From an uncultured Bacilli bacterium (GTDB lineage: Bacteria; Bacillota_I; Bacilli_A; RF39; UBA660), in the NCBI GenBank assembly GCA_934098455.1, contig CAKOOU010000001.1, positions 135,933 to 199,932 of the forward strand: a stretch of 64,000 bases of DNA, given 5' to 3'. Shown one piece after another: positions 1 through 9,624 of this stretch. The position numbers were made by a program, and so were the translations under genes. The notes beneath the pieces are model-generated. The model was not told where the DNA came from. It worked only from the letters and a program-made list of their open reading frames with translations, and ran no database searches. Position 1 is the stretch's first letter; every line of letters begins with the position of its first letter.

Positions 1-1459
1 AATCAAATTCTTGACCTATACCAGTTCCAAAAGCAGTTATTATAGTTCTAATTTCTTCATTACCTAGTGCTTTATCTAATCTAGCTTTTTCTACATTCAA
101 TATTTTACCTCTTAAAGGAAGTATAGCTTGTGTCATAGAATCTCTACCTTTTTTAGCAGAACCACCGGCACTATCTCCCTCGACTATAAATATTTCAGAA
201 ACTTTTGGATCCTTACTCTTACAATCAGAAAGTTTACCAAAGAAATTACTCGTCACACTTATATCACTTTTACGTGTAACCTCACGTGCTCTTTTTGCAG
301 CAAGTCTACCACGACAAGCAATAATAGCTTTCTCTATAATAATTTTAGCTTCATTAGGATTTTCCATTAAGAAACGCTCAAATCCCTTAGAAAATACACT
401 ATCAGCAATTTTTCTAACTTCACTATTACCAAGTCTACCTTTAGTTTGACCTTCAAATTGTGGATTAGGATGTTTACAAGAAACAATCATTGTTAATCCC
501 TCTTTAACATCATCACCAGTTAAAGATTCATCTTTTTCTTTTAATATATTATTCTTTCTAGCATAATTATTGATAATTCTAGTTAAAGCACGTCTAACAC
601 CTTCTTCATGTGTTCCACCATCATGTGTATTAATGTTATTAACAAATGAATAAATATTATCTGAATACCCAGTATTATACTGCATGGCAACTTCAAAGAA
701 AATACCTGCTTCTTCACCTTCTAAATGTATAACTTGTTCATGAATAGGAGTTTTATTTTTATTTAAAAATTTAACGTATTCACTAATTCCACCTTCATAT
801 AAAAATTTATCTCCTTGTGTATCTTCCTCATCTCTATCATCTCTTAAAGTTAATTGTAGTCCTCTATTTAAAAAGGCTAATTCTCTAACTCTAACTTTTA
901 AAGTTTCATAATCATATATTTCAGTATCAAATATTTCTGGATCTGGTTTAAATTTAACACTAGTACCAGTTCTATTAATATCACATTCACCAATAACAGT
1001 TAATTTTTGAGTAGTTTTTCCACCATTTTCAAATTTAGCTTCATGAATTTTTCCATCTTTATAAACTCTAACAATTACCCATTTTGATAAAGCATTAACA
1101 ACACTAGCACCTACACCATGAAGACCACCAGATACCTTATAGCCTCCACCACCAAATTTACCACCAGCATGCAATACTGTATAAACTGTTTCAACAGTAG
1201 AAATACCAGTTTTAGGATGTATTCCAACAGGAATACCACGACCATCATCTCTAACTGTAATTGAATTATCTTTATTAATAATTATTTCAATATTTTTACA
1301 AAAACCAGCTAAAGCTTCATCGATTGAATTATCTACAATCTCCCAAACTAAATGATGTAGCCCCTTAACATCGGTTGTACCAATATACATACCAGGTCTT
1401 TTTCTAACAGCTTCTAAGCCTTCAAGTACTTGAATATCGCTTTCATTATACTCATTCAT
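1..1459 (-). CDS. gyrB: DNA gyrase subunit B, N-terminal ~486 codons (3' end lies outside the window)
   Basis: The minus-strand frame from ATG 1459 reads [53 protein letters not shown]. Near the window edge it reads [38 protein letters not shown]. These are the GHKL ATPase and Toprim motifs. The frame is open to position 1. Confidence 0.93.
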   Translation of the reverse strand, partial: MNEYNESDIQVLEGLEAVRKRPGMYIGTTDVKGLHHLVWEIVDNSIDEALAGFCKNIEIIINKDNSITVRDDGRGIPVGIHPKTGISTVETVYTVLHAGGKFGGGGYKVSGGLHGVGASVVNALSKWVIVRVYKDGKIHEAKFENGGKTTQKLTVIGECDINRTGTSVKFKPDPEIFDTEIYDYETLKVRVRELAFLNRGLQLTLRDDRDEEDTQGDKFLYEGGISEYVKFLNKNKTPIHEQVIHLEGEEAGIFFEVAMQYNTGYSDNIYSFVNNINTHDGGTHEEGVRRALTRIINNYARKNNILKEKDESLTGDDVKEGLTMIVSCKHPNPQFEGQTKGRLGNSEVRKIADSVFSKGFERFLMENPNEAKIIIEKAIIACRGRLAAKRAREVTRKSDISVTSNFFGKLSDCKSKDPKVSEIFIVEGDSAGGSAKKGRDSMTQAILPLRGKILNVEKARLDKALGNEEIRTIITAFGTGIGQEFD

Positions 1460-2546
1460 AATATCTCTCCTTTATCTCACCATTTTTAAATTCAAATATC
1501 TTACTAGACTTTAAATAACACTTCTTAATCTTTTTCAAGTCAGTAGTTGTAATAAAAGTCTCAATATCTTCACTAATATAATTTAAAATCTTATTTATTT
1601 TCTTTATATCTAATTCACTAAATAAATCATCTAATATCAATATAGGATATTCACCGGTTTTTTCTTTAAAAATTTCTAACTCAGCGAGTTTAAAAGCTAT
1701 TACACTATTTTTTTGTTGCCCTTCACTTGCAAAATCTTTAATATCATTACCATCTATATTAAATATAAAATCATCTTTATGAATACCTATCTGCGTAGAT
1801 CCTAAATTAATATCTCTATTAATATTTTTAGCATATAAATTTAATAAATATTTTTTATCAAAATCTTGATAATCAGTCTTATAATAAATATTTAAATCAT
1901 TATTACCACCTAATTTAACATGAACTGAAGAAATGATATTATTAATATTATTAACAAATTTATCTCTAATATCTCTTATCTTAAGTCCATAATCAACAAG
2001 TTGACTATCAATTATACCTAAATAATCATAATTAACTTGTTTTCCATATAAGGATTTTAAATAAGAATTTCTTTGTTTTAATATCTTATTATAATAATTT
2101 AAATATTTAATATAATTATTATCTAATTCTGATATTTCTAAATTAATTAGTTTTCTTCTAGTACTTGGAGTATCTTTAATTAACTTCAAATCATTTATAC
2201 TAAACAAAATTACATTAATATTAGATATATAATCACTAAACTTATTTATTTTATTATTATTTATTTTTACAGTTTTAATTGCATCTTGATAAACAATTTT
2301 ATAATTATTAACAAAAGTAGATTTAACAACACCTTCTATTTTAAAATAATCTTTATCATTCTTAACTAATAACATATCATCATTAGTTCTAAATGACTTT
2401 GTCAAGGCTAAAACAAATATTGCTTCTACAATATTTGTCTTTCCAACACCATTGTCTCCAATAATTATATTTTTGTTATTAGAAAAGTTTAATTCTAAAC
2501 TATCAAAATTTCTAAAATTAACAAGTTTCAAAGATGTTATTTCCAT
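1452..2546 (-). CDS. recF: DNA replication/repair protein RecF
   Basis: This is ORF-track frame 1452..2633. The start was moved to [14 protein letters not shown] (ATG 2546, AAAGAGGG upstream). It has Walker [10 protein letters not shown] and the C-terminal motif [12 protein letters not shown]. The stop overlaps the gyrB start by 8 nt, and the position next to gyrB is canonical. Confidence 0.9.
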   Translation of the reverse strand: MEITSLKLVNFRNFDSLELNFSNNKNIIIGDNGVGKTNIVEAIFVLALTKSFRTNDDMLLVKNDKDYFKIEGVVKSTFVNNYKIVYQDAIKTVKINNNKINKFSDYISNINVILFSINDLKLIKDTPSTRRKLINLEISELDNNYIKYLNYYNKILKQRNSYLKSLYGKQVNYDYLGIIDSQLVDYGLKIRDIRDKFVNNINNIISSVHVKLGGNNDLNIYYKTDYQDFDKKYLLNLYAKNINRDINLGSTQIGIHKDDFIFNIDGNDIKDFASEGQQKNSVIAFKLAELEIFKEKTGEYPILILDDLFSELDIKKINKILNYISEDIETFITTTDLKKIKKCYLKSSKIFEFKNGEIKERYYE

Positions 2547-2672
2547 TTTAAACCCTCTTTTAATAAATATAATAAATAAATAGGTATTGCGAATACTCCT
2601 ATACCTATTTACATTATACCATAAAAAACACATATTTAAAACGTTTTTAACAATTTTAAAGCAAAATAATAA

Positions 2673-3128
2673 TTATTTTTTATCTCTTCTTTTACTAGAT
2701 ATCGATTCTAATCTATGTGACTTTAAAATTTGATTGTTTAAAACACAATATGACATATCAAATTCTAATTTAGATTTGTTATCAAATATTATAACACATG
2801 TCTTTTTTTCAAAATCATAATAATAAGAATCAATATTATTTAAAGAAACCCAACAACACTTTTTCAATCTAGGACTTGTTGTAGGAAAAAATATTATATT
2901 TCCTTCTTCTTGTACTATTATTGGTGCTTTATAACTAATACCTGTTAAATTAGAAGTACCCTTTTGTCTACCTTCAAAAGAGCTTCCATAATACTTACAA
3001 CTAGTATCCATCACTTTATTTGGTCTAGAATTAATTATGTAAGTACCATTCTTCTCAATAACTTTAGATTTTTTATCACCAATTGGTATTATAGCTAAAG
3101 TTTCCTTATTGATTTCATAGTCTTTCAT
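2673..3128 (-). CDS. comK: ComK-family competence transcription factor-like protein
   Basis: The core TSCKYYGSSFEGRQKGTSNLTGISYKAPIIV...IIFFPTTSPRLKKCCWVS resembles B. subtilis ComK blocks recalled from memory (RSCRFFGSSYAGRKAGT, KPPIMV, FLFPTLSSTRPQCGWIS). The start was set at ATG 3128, downstream of GGAGGTGA. Confidence 0.75.
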   Translation of the reverse strand: MKDYEINKETLAIIPIGDKKSKVIEKNGTYIINSRPNKVMDTSCKYYGSSFEGRQKGTSNLTGISYKAPIIVQEEGNIIFFPTTSPRLKKCCWVSLNNIDSYYYDFEKKTCVIIFDNKSKLEFDMSYCVLNNQILKSHRLESISSKRRDKK

Positions 3129-3217
3129 ATTCCTCACCTCCCTGACAAATACTCTTATATCAAATAAATAAAAAAAATATTGTTAATAAATGTCGAATTA
3201 TTAACAATATTTAAAAT

Positions 3218-4336
3218 TTAATATGTTTTTATTGGTAAAATTAATTGAATTAAACTTTCATCTTGAACTGACTTTAATATTATTGGAGAAGAATCATCAT
3301 TTAAAAGTATTAAAAGTTCTTCATCATTAAATGTTCTTAAAGCCTCTAACATATATTTAGAACTAAATGAAATAGCTATATCTTCATCAGTATTTTTTGT
3401 AATTTCAATTTTATCTTCTACCTTACCTATTTCAGAAGCAAAACTAGAAACATTTAAAACATTACCATTAGTTTCCATTCTAACAATATTTTTTTCTTTA
3501 CTTTGAGTAAGTAAAGCTGCTCTATCTATACTAGCATAATAATTATTTAATGAAGAATTAATAATAATATTAAAATTATTAGGAATTAAATTACTTGTAT
3601 TAGGATAATTACCATTTAATAAACTTGATTGAAATATAATATTTCTATACTTAAATAACACTTTATTACTAAATAAATGTAATTCTACATCACTTTCTTC
3701 ATTTATAATCTTATCAAATTCATTAATATTCTTACCAGGAATAGTAATATCAACAACTTCTGGGTATTCATTTTCTAAAATTATTGTTTTTTTAGCAAGT
3801 CTATAAGAATCTGTTGCAACTACTTCCATAACATTCCCATTTATTTTTAAATTTAATCCAGTTAATAATGGTCTAGATTCTTGTATAGAAACAGCAAAAA
3901 TTGTTTGTTTAATCATATTTTTAATTATTTCACTATTTATAGTTATAGGATTTTTACTTTCTTCTAATACAATTTGTGGATAATCTTCAGTATTTAAACA
4001 ATTTAAATTATATTGACTATTATCTGTATAAATTCTTATCTTTAAACCATCTACAACTTCTATATTAATTAAATCACTAGGTAATTTTCTAATAATATCT
4101 ATAATATACTTACTTTGAATTATTATAGTACCCTCTTCTTCTATTGATTCAATATCACTACTAGGAATAAAACTCTTAATAGTTAAATCACTATCACTTG
4201 CTATTAAATTTAATCCTTCTTTAGTTAATTCAAACTTTATACCATTTAATATTGGAATAATATTTTTAGGACTAATTGCTCTAACTACATTTACCAAACT
4301 TTCTAATAAAATATTTTTATTAATTGTTAATTTCAT
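3218..4336 (-). CDS. dnaN: DNA polymerase III beta sliding clamp
   Basis: It starts MKLTINKNILLESLVNVVRAISPKNIIPILNGIKF, a typical DnaN N-terminus. It is ~372 aa and lies immediately downstream of dnaA. The start was set at ATG 4336 after AAGGAG. Confidence 0.95.
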   Translation of the reverse strand: MKLTINKNILLESLVNVVRAISPKNIIPILNGIKFELTKEGLNLIASDSDLTIKSFIPSSDIESIEEEGTIIIQSKYIIDIIRKLPSDLINIEVVDGLKIRIYTDNSQYNLNCLNTEDYPQIVLEESKNPITINSEIIKNMIKQTIFAVSIQESRPLLTGLNLKINGNVMEVVATDSYRLAKKTIILENEYPEVVDITIPGKNINEFDKIINEESDVELHLFSNKVLFKYRNIIFQSSLLNGNYPNTSNLIPNNFNIIINSSLNNYYASIDRAALLTQSKEKNIVRMETNGNVLNVSSFASEIGKVEDKIEITKNTDEDIAISFSSKYMLEALRTFNDEELLILLNDDSSPIILKSVQDESLIQLILPIKTY

Positions 4337-4462
4337 AAAATCTCCTTCTTTCTTTTTTATTAACATATTATTATTATAGGTGTTGAAATTGTTAATATCT
4401 AACTTAATCGCCATTATTTAAGTGATTAATAGGTGTTAACAACTTTTTACTTTTCAACATTA

Positions 4463-5809
4463 TTAACCTAACTTATTCTTTATCTCATTTAATTGACTTC
4501 TTAATTCATCATTATTTTTAACATCTTTACTAACTTTTTCAATTGCATGAAGTACTGTAGAATGATCTCTATTTCCAAATTCTAGCCCTATTCTAGTCGT
4601 TGTTTCCTCAGTAATAACACGACATAAGTAAATAGCAATTTGTCTTGCATTGTTTATATTAGCAGTACGTTTCTTACTTTTTAAGTTATCCACAGTTATA
4701 TCAAAATAATCAGCAACAGCCTTTTGAATTTTAGATATATTACTATTACTATATACACTAGAACCGATATAATCTTTTAAAGCCTCTATCGCAAATTCTA
4801 AATTTATTTCTTTAGGACTATACATTGCCGCATATGCAAATAATCGTCTTATAGAACCTTCTAAATATCTAACATCACTTTCACAATTGTTAGCAATATA
4901 CTCTATTACATCATTTTTTATTAGTTTTGCACCTTCTAAACCAGACATTTTATCTTTTAGTATTTTACATCTTAAATCAAAATCAGGTGGAAAAATATTA
5001 GCAGTTAAGCCCCATCTAAATCTAGTTCTAAGACGATCCTCCAATGCTTTTAAATCATCTGGTGACCTATCAGAACTAATTATTATCTGCTTATTAGAAT
5101 CATACAAATTATTAAAAGTATGGAAAAATTCTTGTTGAGATTTAACTGCACCTCCTAAAAATTGTATATCATCTATAATTAATACATCTATATTTCTATA
5201 TTTTTCTTTAAAATGCTCAATTATATCATAATTATCTGCATCTTTCCTGTTGATATCAATAAAATCAGAAATAAACTTTTCACTTGTCACATATAAAACT
5301 TTTTTATCCGTTGTTTCCATAATGTAATTACCTATTGCATGCATTAAGTGAGTTTTTCCAAGTCCACTTTTACCATGAATAAATAAAGGATTATAAACTT
5401 TACCAGGCTGTTCTGCAACAGCAACAGCAGCAGTTTGTGCAAATCTATTAGAATCTCCTATTACAAATGTATCAAAAGTATAATTAGGATTCAAATTAGA
5501 TTGAAAAGAACTATCTTTTTTAATACTTTTATTATCCTCTTGAACAATTGAGTCATTAATAGTATCATCTTCAGATATAAAATTAATGTCATAACTCTTT
5601 CCAGTAATACTAGTAATTATATTATCTATTAAATCATAATAATGTTTATTTAAATAATCTTTGTAAAAACTCATAGGTACCATAATTGTAATAGAATCAT
5701 CTGATTGTTTATATAATTTAGTTTCTTTAAACCAAGTATTATATGAAACAGAAGATAATTTAGATTTAATATTACTTAGAAACAAATCCCAAGACAAATT
5801 ATCCATCAA
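4463..5809 (-). CDS. dnaA: Chromosomal replication initiator DnaA
   Basis: It has the AAA+ Walker A GKSGLGKTHL, Walker B VLIIDDIQF, and the C-terminal DnaA-box-binding helix ARQIAIYLCRVITEETTTRIGLEFGNRDHSTVLHA. Confidence 0.97.
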   Translation of the reverse strand: MMDNLSWDLFLSNIKSKLSSVSYNTWFKETKLYKQSDDSITIMVPMSFYKDYLNKHYYDLIDNIITSITGKSYDINFISEDDTINDSIVQEDNKSIKKDSSFQSNLNPNYTFDTFVIGDSNRFAQTAAVAVAEQPGKVYNPLFIHGKSGLGKTHLMHAIGNYIMETTDKKVLYVTSEKFISDFIDINRKDADNYDIIEHFKEKYRNIDVLIIDDIQFLGGAVKSQQEFFHTFNNLYDSNKQIIISSDRSPDDLKALEDRLRTRFRWGLTANIFPPDFDLRCKILKDKMSGLEGAKLIKNDVIEYIANNCESDVRYLEGSIRRLFAYAAMYSPKEINLEFAIEALKDYIGSSVYSNSNISKIQKAVADYFDITVDNLKSKKRTANINNARQIAIYLCRVITEETTTRIGLEFGNRDHSTVLHAIEKVSKDVKNNDELRSQLNEIKNKLG

Positions 5810-6057
5810 AACACCCCGCTTTCAAGATTATTTTTGTTAACTAACATTATTTTAAAACACTTTTGTTGAAAAAGAAAGCACGAATTTTAATTTTTTGCAT
5901 TTTCAACATTTTTTCAACATTTTATCAACAAAGAAACATAGATAAAATCTAATAAAAAGCTATTTATCCACAATTTCCACAAAATGATATTAACAACAAA
6001 AAAAGATATTAACAAATCCACGTTGAAAACTATTTTTAAGAAATTTTTAATTTTTAA
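5810..6057. promoter_or_regulatory. oriC candidate (DnaA-box cluster between dnaA and rpmH)
   Basis: A perfect DnaA box TTATCCACA (5964-5972) directly abuts ATTTCCACA (5973-5981). There is also AAATCCACG. Five TT(T/A)TCAAC(A/G)-type boxes occur on both strands between about 5860 and 6030. An AT-rich tract lies at about 6040-6059. Gene orientation switches here from the minus strand on the left to the plus strand on the right. Confidence 0.7.
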
Positions 6058-6117
6058 TTGACTTCTATATAAAAATATACTAAAATAAAAAAAGCTTAAA
6101 GAGGTGGAGGTGCAATT

Positions 6118-6240
6118 ATGAAAAGAACTTTTCAACCAAATAATCGTAAAAAAAGTAAAAAACATGGCTTTTTTGCACGTAAAGAAACGAATATTTTAAA
6201 ATCAAGAAGAAAAAAGGGACGCAAAGTATTATGTAAATAA
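6118..6240 (+). CDS. rpmH: 50S ribosomal protein L34
   Basis: This 40-codon [43 protein letters not shown], follows GAGGTGGAGG. Upstream is TTGACT-N17-TAAAAT (6058-6086). It is below the size cutoff of the ORF track. Confidence 0.9.
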   Translation: MKRTFQPNNRKKSKKHGFFARKETNILKSRRKKGRKVLCK

Positions 6241-6284
6241 ACCGCAATTTTATTGTGGTTTTTTATCTATAAGGATGTGATTAA

Positions 6285-6611
6285 ATGAAAAAAAGAGAAA
6301 TGATTAAATCAAAAAAAGATTTTACAACTCTTATAAAAACTGGAAAATATATTAAAACAAAAGACTATGTTATATATTATAAGGAAAACAATTTAGAAAA
6401 AATAAGATTTGGACTTGCTATAAGTAATAAGATTGGAAATGCAGTCACAAGAAATAAATTAAAAAGACAAACAAGAGAAATTATAGATAAATTAAAATCT
6501 TTATTTAAAAATAACACAGATTATATTATAATGATAAGGAAAGGGTGTTTAGAAACTCCATTTGAGGAAAGACTTAACAACCTAGAAAGAAAGATAAAGG
6601 AGAATATATGA
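6285..6611 (+). CDS. rnpA: RNase P protein component
   Basis: It has GLAISNKIGNAVTRNKLKRQTRE (the RNR-type motif). It sits between rpmH and yidC. Confidence 0.9.
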   Translation: MKKREMIKSKKDFTTLIKTGKYIKTKDYVIYYKENNLEKIRFGLAISNKIGNAVTRNKLKRQTREIIDKLKSLFKNNTDYIIMIRKGCLETPFEERLNNLERKIKENI

Positions 6612-7546
6612 AAAAAAACACAGGAAAAAAATTAATACTTATAATAATGTTAGCATTAACACTAACAACAGGATGTACAAAGTACTTATCAGATAATGAT
6701 AAAAAAAGAATAACAAATGAAAAGACAGGTCAAAGCTTAACTTCAAATATACTTTGTAAGCCAGAGGAAAAAGAATTAACAGCAATTTATGAAAAGTATG
6801 AAAAAAATATGGAAGTTAAATTAAAAGATTTACCAAGTTGTGAGAAATTAAAAATTTATAATAAAAAAACTTACAATGGTTTATGGGTACAATTATTTGT
6901 AATGCCAATTGCGTGGTTAATCATAAAATTAGGACTTTTAGTAAAAAATTATGGTATTTCAGTAATGTTAATTGGTTTAGCACTAAGAATAATTTTATTA
7001 CCATTATCACTTAAAACTGCTAAACAATCTGAAAATATGAAAAAAGCTCAACCTGAACTTGAAAAACTTGAAAAGAAATATAAAGATAAAACTGATTCAG
7101 ATTCAATGATGCAGAAAAGTCAAGAAACTATGTTAATTTATAAGAAATATGATATTAATCCAGTAAGTGGATGCCTAGTATCGTTTATACAATTACCATT
7201 ATTCTTTGCATTCTTAGAAGCAATAAACAGAGTACCAGCAATATTTGAAGAAAACTTATGGAGTTTACAATTAGGAACAACACCATTAGTTGGAATTAAA
7301 TCAGGTAATTATTTATATTTAGTACTAATAGGATTAATAATTCTAACAACATTCTTGTCATTTAAATTTAGTATGGCAACAACAGGAAGTTCTGAACAAC
7401 AAAAACAAATGCAATTTATGACAACATTTATGTTAATATTTATCTCAATAGCATCATTTAGTTTACCAACAGCAATAGCACTTTATTGGGTAGTCACAAA
7501 TGGATTTAGTGTAATACAATCATTAATTGTAAAAAAAAGGAGATAA
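6608..7546 (+). CDS. yidC: Membrane protein insertase YidC/SpoIIIJ family (lipoprotein)
   Basis: It has the lipobox LTLTTGC, several TM segments, and the conserved position after rnpA. It overlaps rnpA by 4 nt. Confidence 0.9.
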   Translation: MKKNTGKKLILIIMLALTLTTGCTKYLSDNDKKRITNEKTGQSLTSNILCKPEEKELTAIYEKYEKNMEVKLKDLPSCEKLKIYNKKTYNGLWVQLFVMPIAWLIIKLGLLVKNYGISVMLIGLALRIILLPLSLKTAKQSENMKKAQPELEKLEKKYKDKTDSDSMMQKSQETMLIYKKYDINPVSGCLVSFIQLPLFFAFLEAINRVPAIFEENLWSLQLGTTPLVGIKSGNYLYLVLIGLIILTTFLSFKFSMATTGSSEQQKQMQFMTTFMLIFISIASFSLPTAIALYWVVTNGFSVIQSLIVKKRR

Positions 7547-7552
7547 TGAATT

Positions 7553-8179
7553 ATGGAAGTAAAAGAGTTTGAAGGAAAAAATTTAGAAGAGTTAATTGAA
7601 AATAGTTTACAAGAACTTAACAAAGAAAAAACAGAAGTAATAATAACAAAAGAAGAAATAAAAGGTAGTTTATTAAAAAAATCAAGTTATAAAATTAAAG
7701 TTTACACACTTGACGCTATACAAAATTATGTAAAAGACTATTTAAAAAATTTTACTGATTTAATGGGTATTGATGTCACATTTGAATCTAAAATAAGAGA
7801 TGAACAAATAATAATAAAAATGTATAGTGATAATAATAGTATATTAATTGGTAAGGATGGAAGAACATTGTCATCATTAACATACATAGTAAAACAAATG
7901 TTAAGTAATAATTTTAAAATATATCCACATATAATTTTAGACGTAGAAAACTATAAAGAAAAACAAGAAAAGAATTTAGAAAGACTTGCAAAAAGAATTG
8001 CTCGTGAAGTTGCAACAACAAAAGTTGACGTAAAGTTAGAAAATATGAATTCTTATGAAAGAAGAATAGTTCATAATATATTAAGTAATAATAAAAAAGT
8101 GTCAACAATAAGTGAAGGTGAAGAACCAAATAGACATGTTGTAATTAAATATGTAGAAAGTAAAGAAACTGTCAATTAA
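7553..8179 (+). CDS. jag: Jag/KhpB RNA-binding protein (KH + R3H domains)
   Basis: It has a C-terminal R3H-like motif ENMNSYERRIVHNIL and lies downstream of yidC, the canonical position. Confidence 0.85.
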   Translation: MEVKEFEGKNLEELIENSLQELNKEKTEVIITKEEIKGSLLKKSSYKIKVYTLDAIQNYVKDYLKNFTDLMGIDVTFESKIRDEQIIIKMYSDNNSILIGKDGRTLSSLTYIVKQMLSNNFKIYPHIILDVENYKEKQEKNLERLAKRIAREVATTKVDVKLENMNSYERRIVHNILSNNKKVSTISEGEEPNRHVVIKYVESKETVN

Positions 8180-8204
8180 ATTTGATAGTTTTTATTTTAC
8201 GTAA

Positions 8205-8229
8205 AATTATTTCCCGGGAAATAATTTTT
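8205..8229 (+). terminator. Intrinsic terminator after jag
   Basis: A perfect hairpin AATTATTTCCCGGGAAATAATT is followed by a T-run. TGTGTTATAAT, an extended -10 for mnmE, follows it. Confidence 0.7.
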
Positions 8230-8259
8230 GTGTTATAATACATTATGGAGTGGTGTACT

Positions 8260-9615
8260 ATGTTTGATACAATATGTGCAATTTCAACAGCATTAGGTGT
8301 AGGAGCAATCTCTATTGTTAGAGTTTCAGGACCAAATGCGATTGAAATAGTTAATAAAATATTTAAAGGAAAAGATTTACGTAAAGTAGATTCCCATACA
8401 ATTAATTATGGATATATAATGGATAATAATGAAATAGTAGATGAAGTATTAGTATCTGTTATGTTAGCACCAAAAACTTATACAACAGAAGACATAATTG
8501 AAATAAATTGTCATGGTGGAATAAGTACTACTAATAAAGTTTTAGAACTATTATTAACAAATGGTGCAAGATTAGCAGAACCAGGAGAATTTACAAAAAG
8601 AGCATTTCTTAATGGAAGAATAGATTTAGTAGAAGCAGAATCAGTAGGAGATTTAATTAATTCAGAGACAGAAAAAAGTATGAAATTATCATTAAATGGT
8701 GTCACAGGAAATATAACTAATTTAGTAAATTCAATAAGGAAAGAATTAGTTAGTATCAGTGCAAATATAGAAGTTAATATAGATTATCCAGAATACGAAG
8801 ATGCAATTGTACTAACAAATGAATTAATCAAACCAAAAATTTTATCAATAAAAAATGAATTAGAAAATTTACTTAAAGAATCTCAAAATAGTAAACTTAT
8901 AAAAAATGGTATTGATGTTGCAATTGTAGGTAAACCAAACGTAGGAAAAAGTAGTTTACTAAATACATTATTAGAAGAAGAAAAAGCAATTGTCACAAAC
9001 ATTGCAGGAACAACACGTGATATAGTTGAAGGAAAAATAATATTAGATGGAATTATTTTAAATTTAATAGATACAGCTGGACTTCGTGAAACAAATGATA
9101 TAGTAGAAAAAATAGGTGTAAACAAAAGTAAAGAGATTATAAACTCATCTGATTTAATAATTTTAGTATTAAACTATAATGAAAAAATCACTAAAGAAGA
9201 ATTAGATTTAATAAATGAATTAAAAAATAAAAAACTAATTGTTTACATAAATAAAAATGACTTAGAAAAAAAACTAGATGAAAGTAAAATAAAAACAAAT
9301 AACATAGTATATGGAAATACAAAAGAATATAAAAATCTAAATGATTTAAAAAACAAAATAAGAGAATTATTTAATTTAGGTGAGTTAGAATCATCTAATT
9401 TAAATTATTTATCTAATTCAAGACAAATATCTTTAGTAAAAAAATCAATTGTTGTACTTGATAATACATTAAATAGTATAGAAAACAATATAGAAATAGA
9501 TTTACTTGCTATTGACATAAAAGAATGTTTTGACCTATTAGGTGAAATAATAGGAAGTACTTACAAAGATGAATTATTAGACGAAATATTCAGTAATTTC
9601 TGTTTAGGAAAGTGA
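8260..9615 (+). CDS. mnmE: tRNA modification GTPase MnmE
   Basis: It starts MFDTICAISTALGVGAISIVRVSG, has the G1 motif GKPNVGKSSLLN, and ends in CLGK. The start was moved to ATG 8260. Confidence 0.95.
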   Translation: MFDTICAISTALGVGAISIVRVSGPNAIEIVNKIFKGKDLRKVDSHTINYGYIMDNNEIVDEVLVSVMLAPKTYTTEDIIEINCHGGISTTNKVLELLLTNGARLAEPGEFTKRAFLNGRIDLVEAESVGDLINSETEKSMKLSLNGVTGNITNLVNSIRKELVSISANIEVNIDYPEYEDAIVLTNELIKPKILSIKNELENLLKESQNSKLIKNGIDVAIVGKPNVGKSSLLNTLLEEEKAIVTNIAGTTRDIVEGKIILDGIILNLIDTAGLRETNDIVEKIGVNKSKEIINSSDLIILVLNYNEKITKEELDLINELKNKKLIVYINKNDLEKKLDESKIKTNNIVYGNTKEYKNLNDLKNKIRELFNLGELESSNLNYLSNSRQISLVKKSIVVLDNTLNSIENNIEIDLLAIDIKECFDLLGEIIGSTYKDELLDEIFSNFCLGK

Positions 9616-9624
9616 GTGTAAAGT

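Noticed and set aside
128-370. 80-aa plus-strand ORF in the ORF track
   Set aside because: It lies antisense inside the gyrB coding frame, has no RBS, and has a low-complexity composition. It is a shadow ORF.
4887-5138. Antisense ORFs inside long genes. Examples are 4887-5138 in dnaA, 8511-8705 and 8883-9125 in mnmE, 9843-10121 in mnmG, and 12446-12950 in parB. Further examples are 29200-29514 in nifJ, 47664-47990 in the permease gene, 50739-51086 in cadA, and 56543-56863 and 57930-58331 in addA.
   Set aside because: All are embedded opposite strongly supported genes. They have Leu/Ile/Phe-rich compositions typical of reverse frames in AT-rich DNA, and they lack RBSs.
5914-6165. 83-aa minus-strand ORF across the dnaA-rpmH intergenic region
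   Set aside because: It covers the DnaA-box cluster and overlaps the rpmH start. The region is better explained as oriC plus the rpmH promoter.
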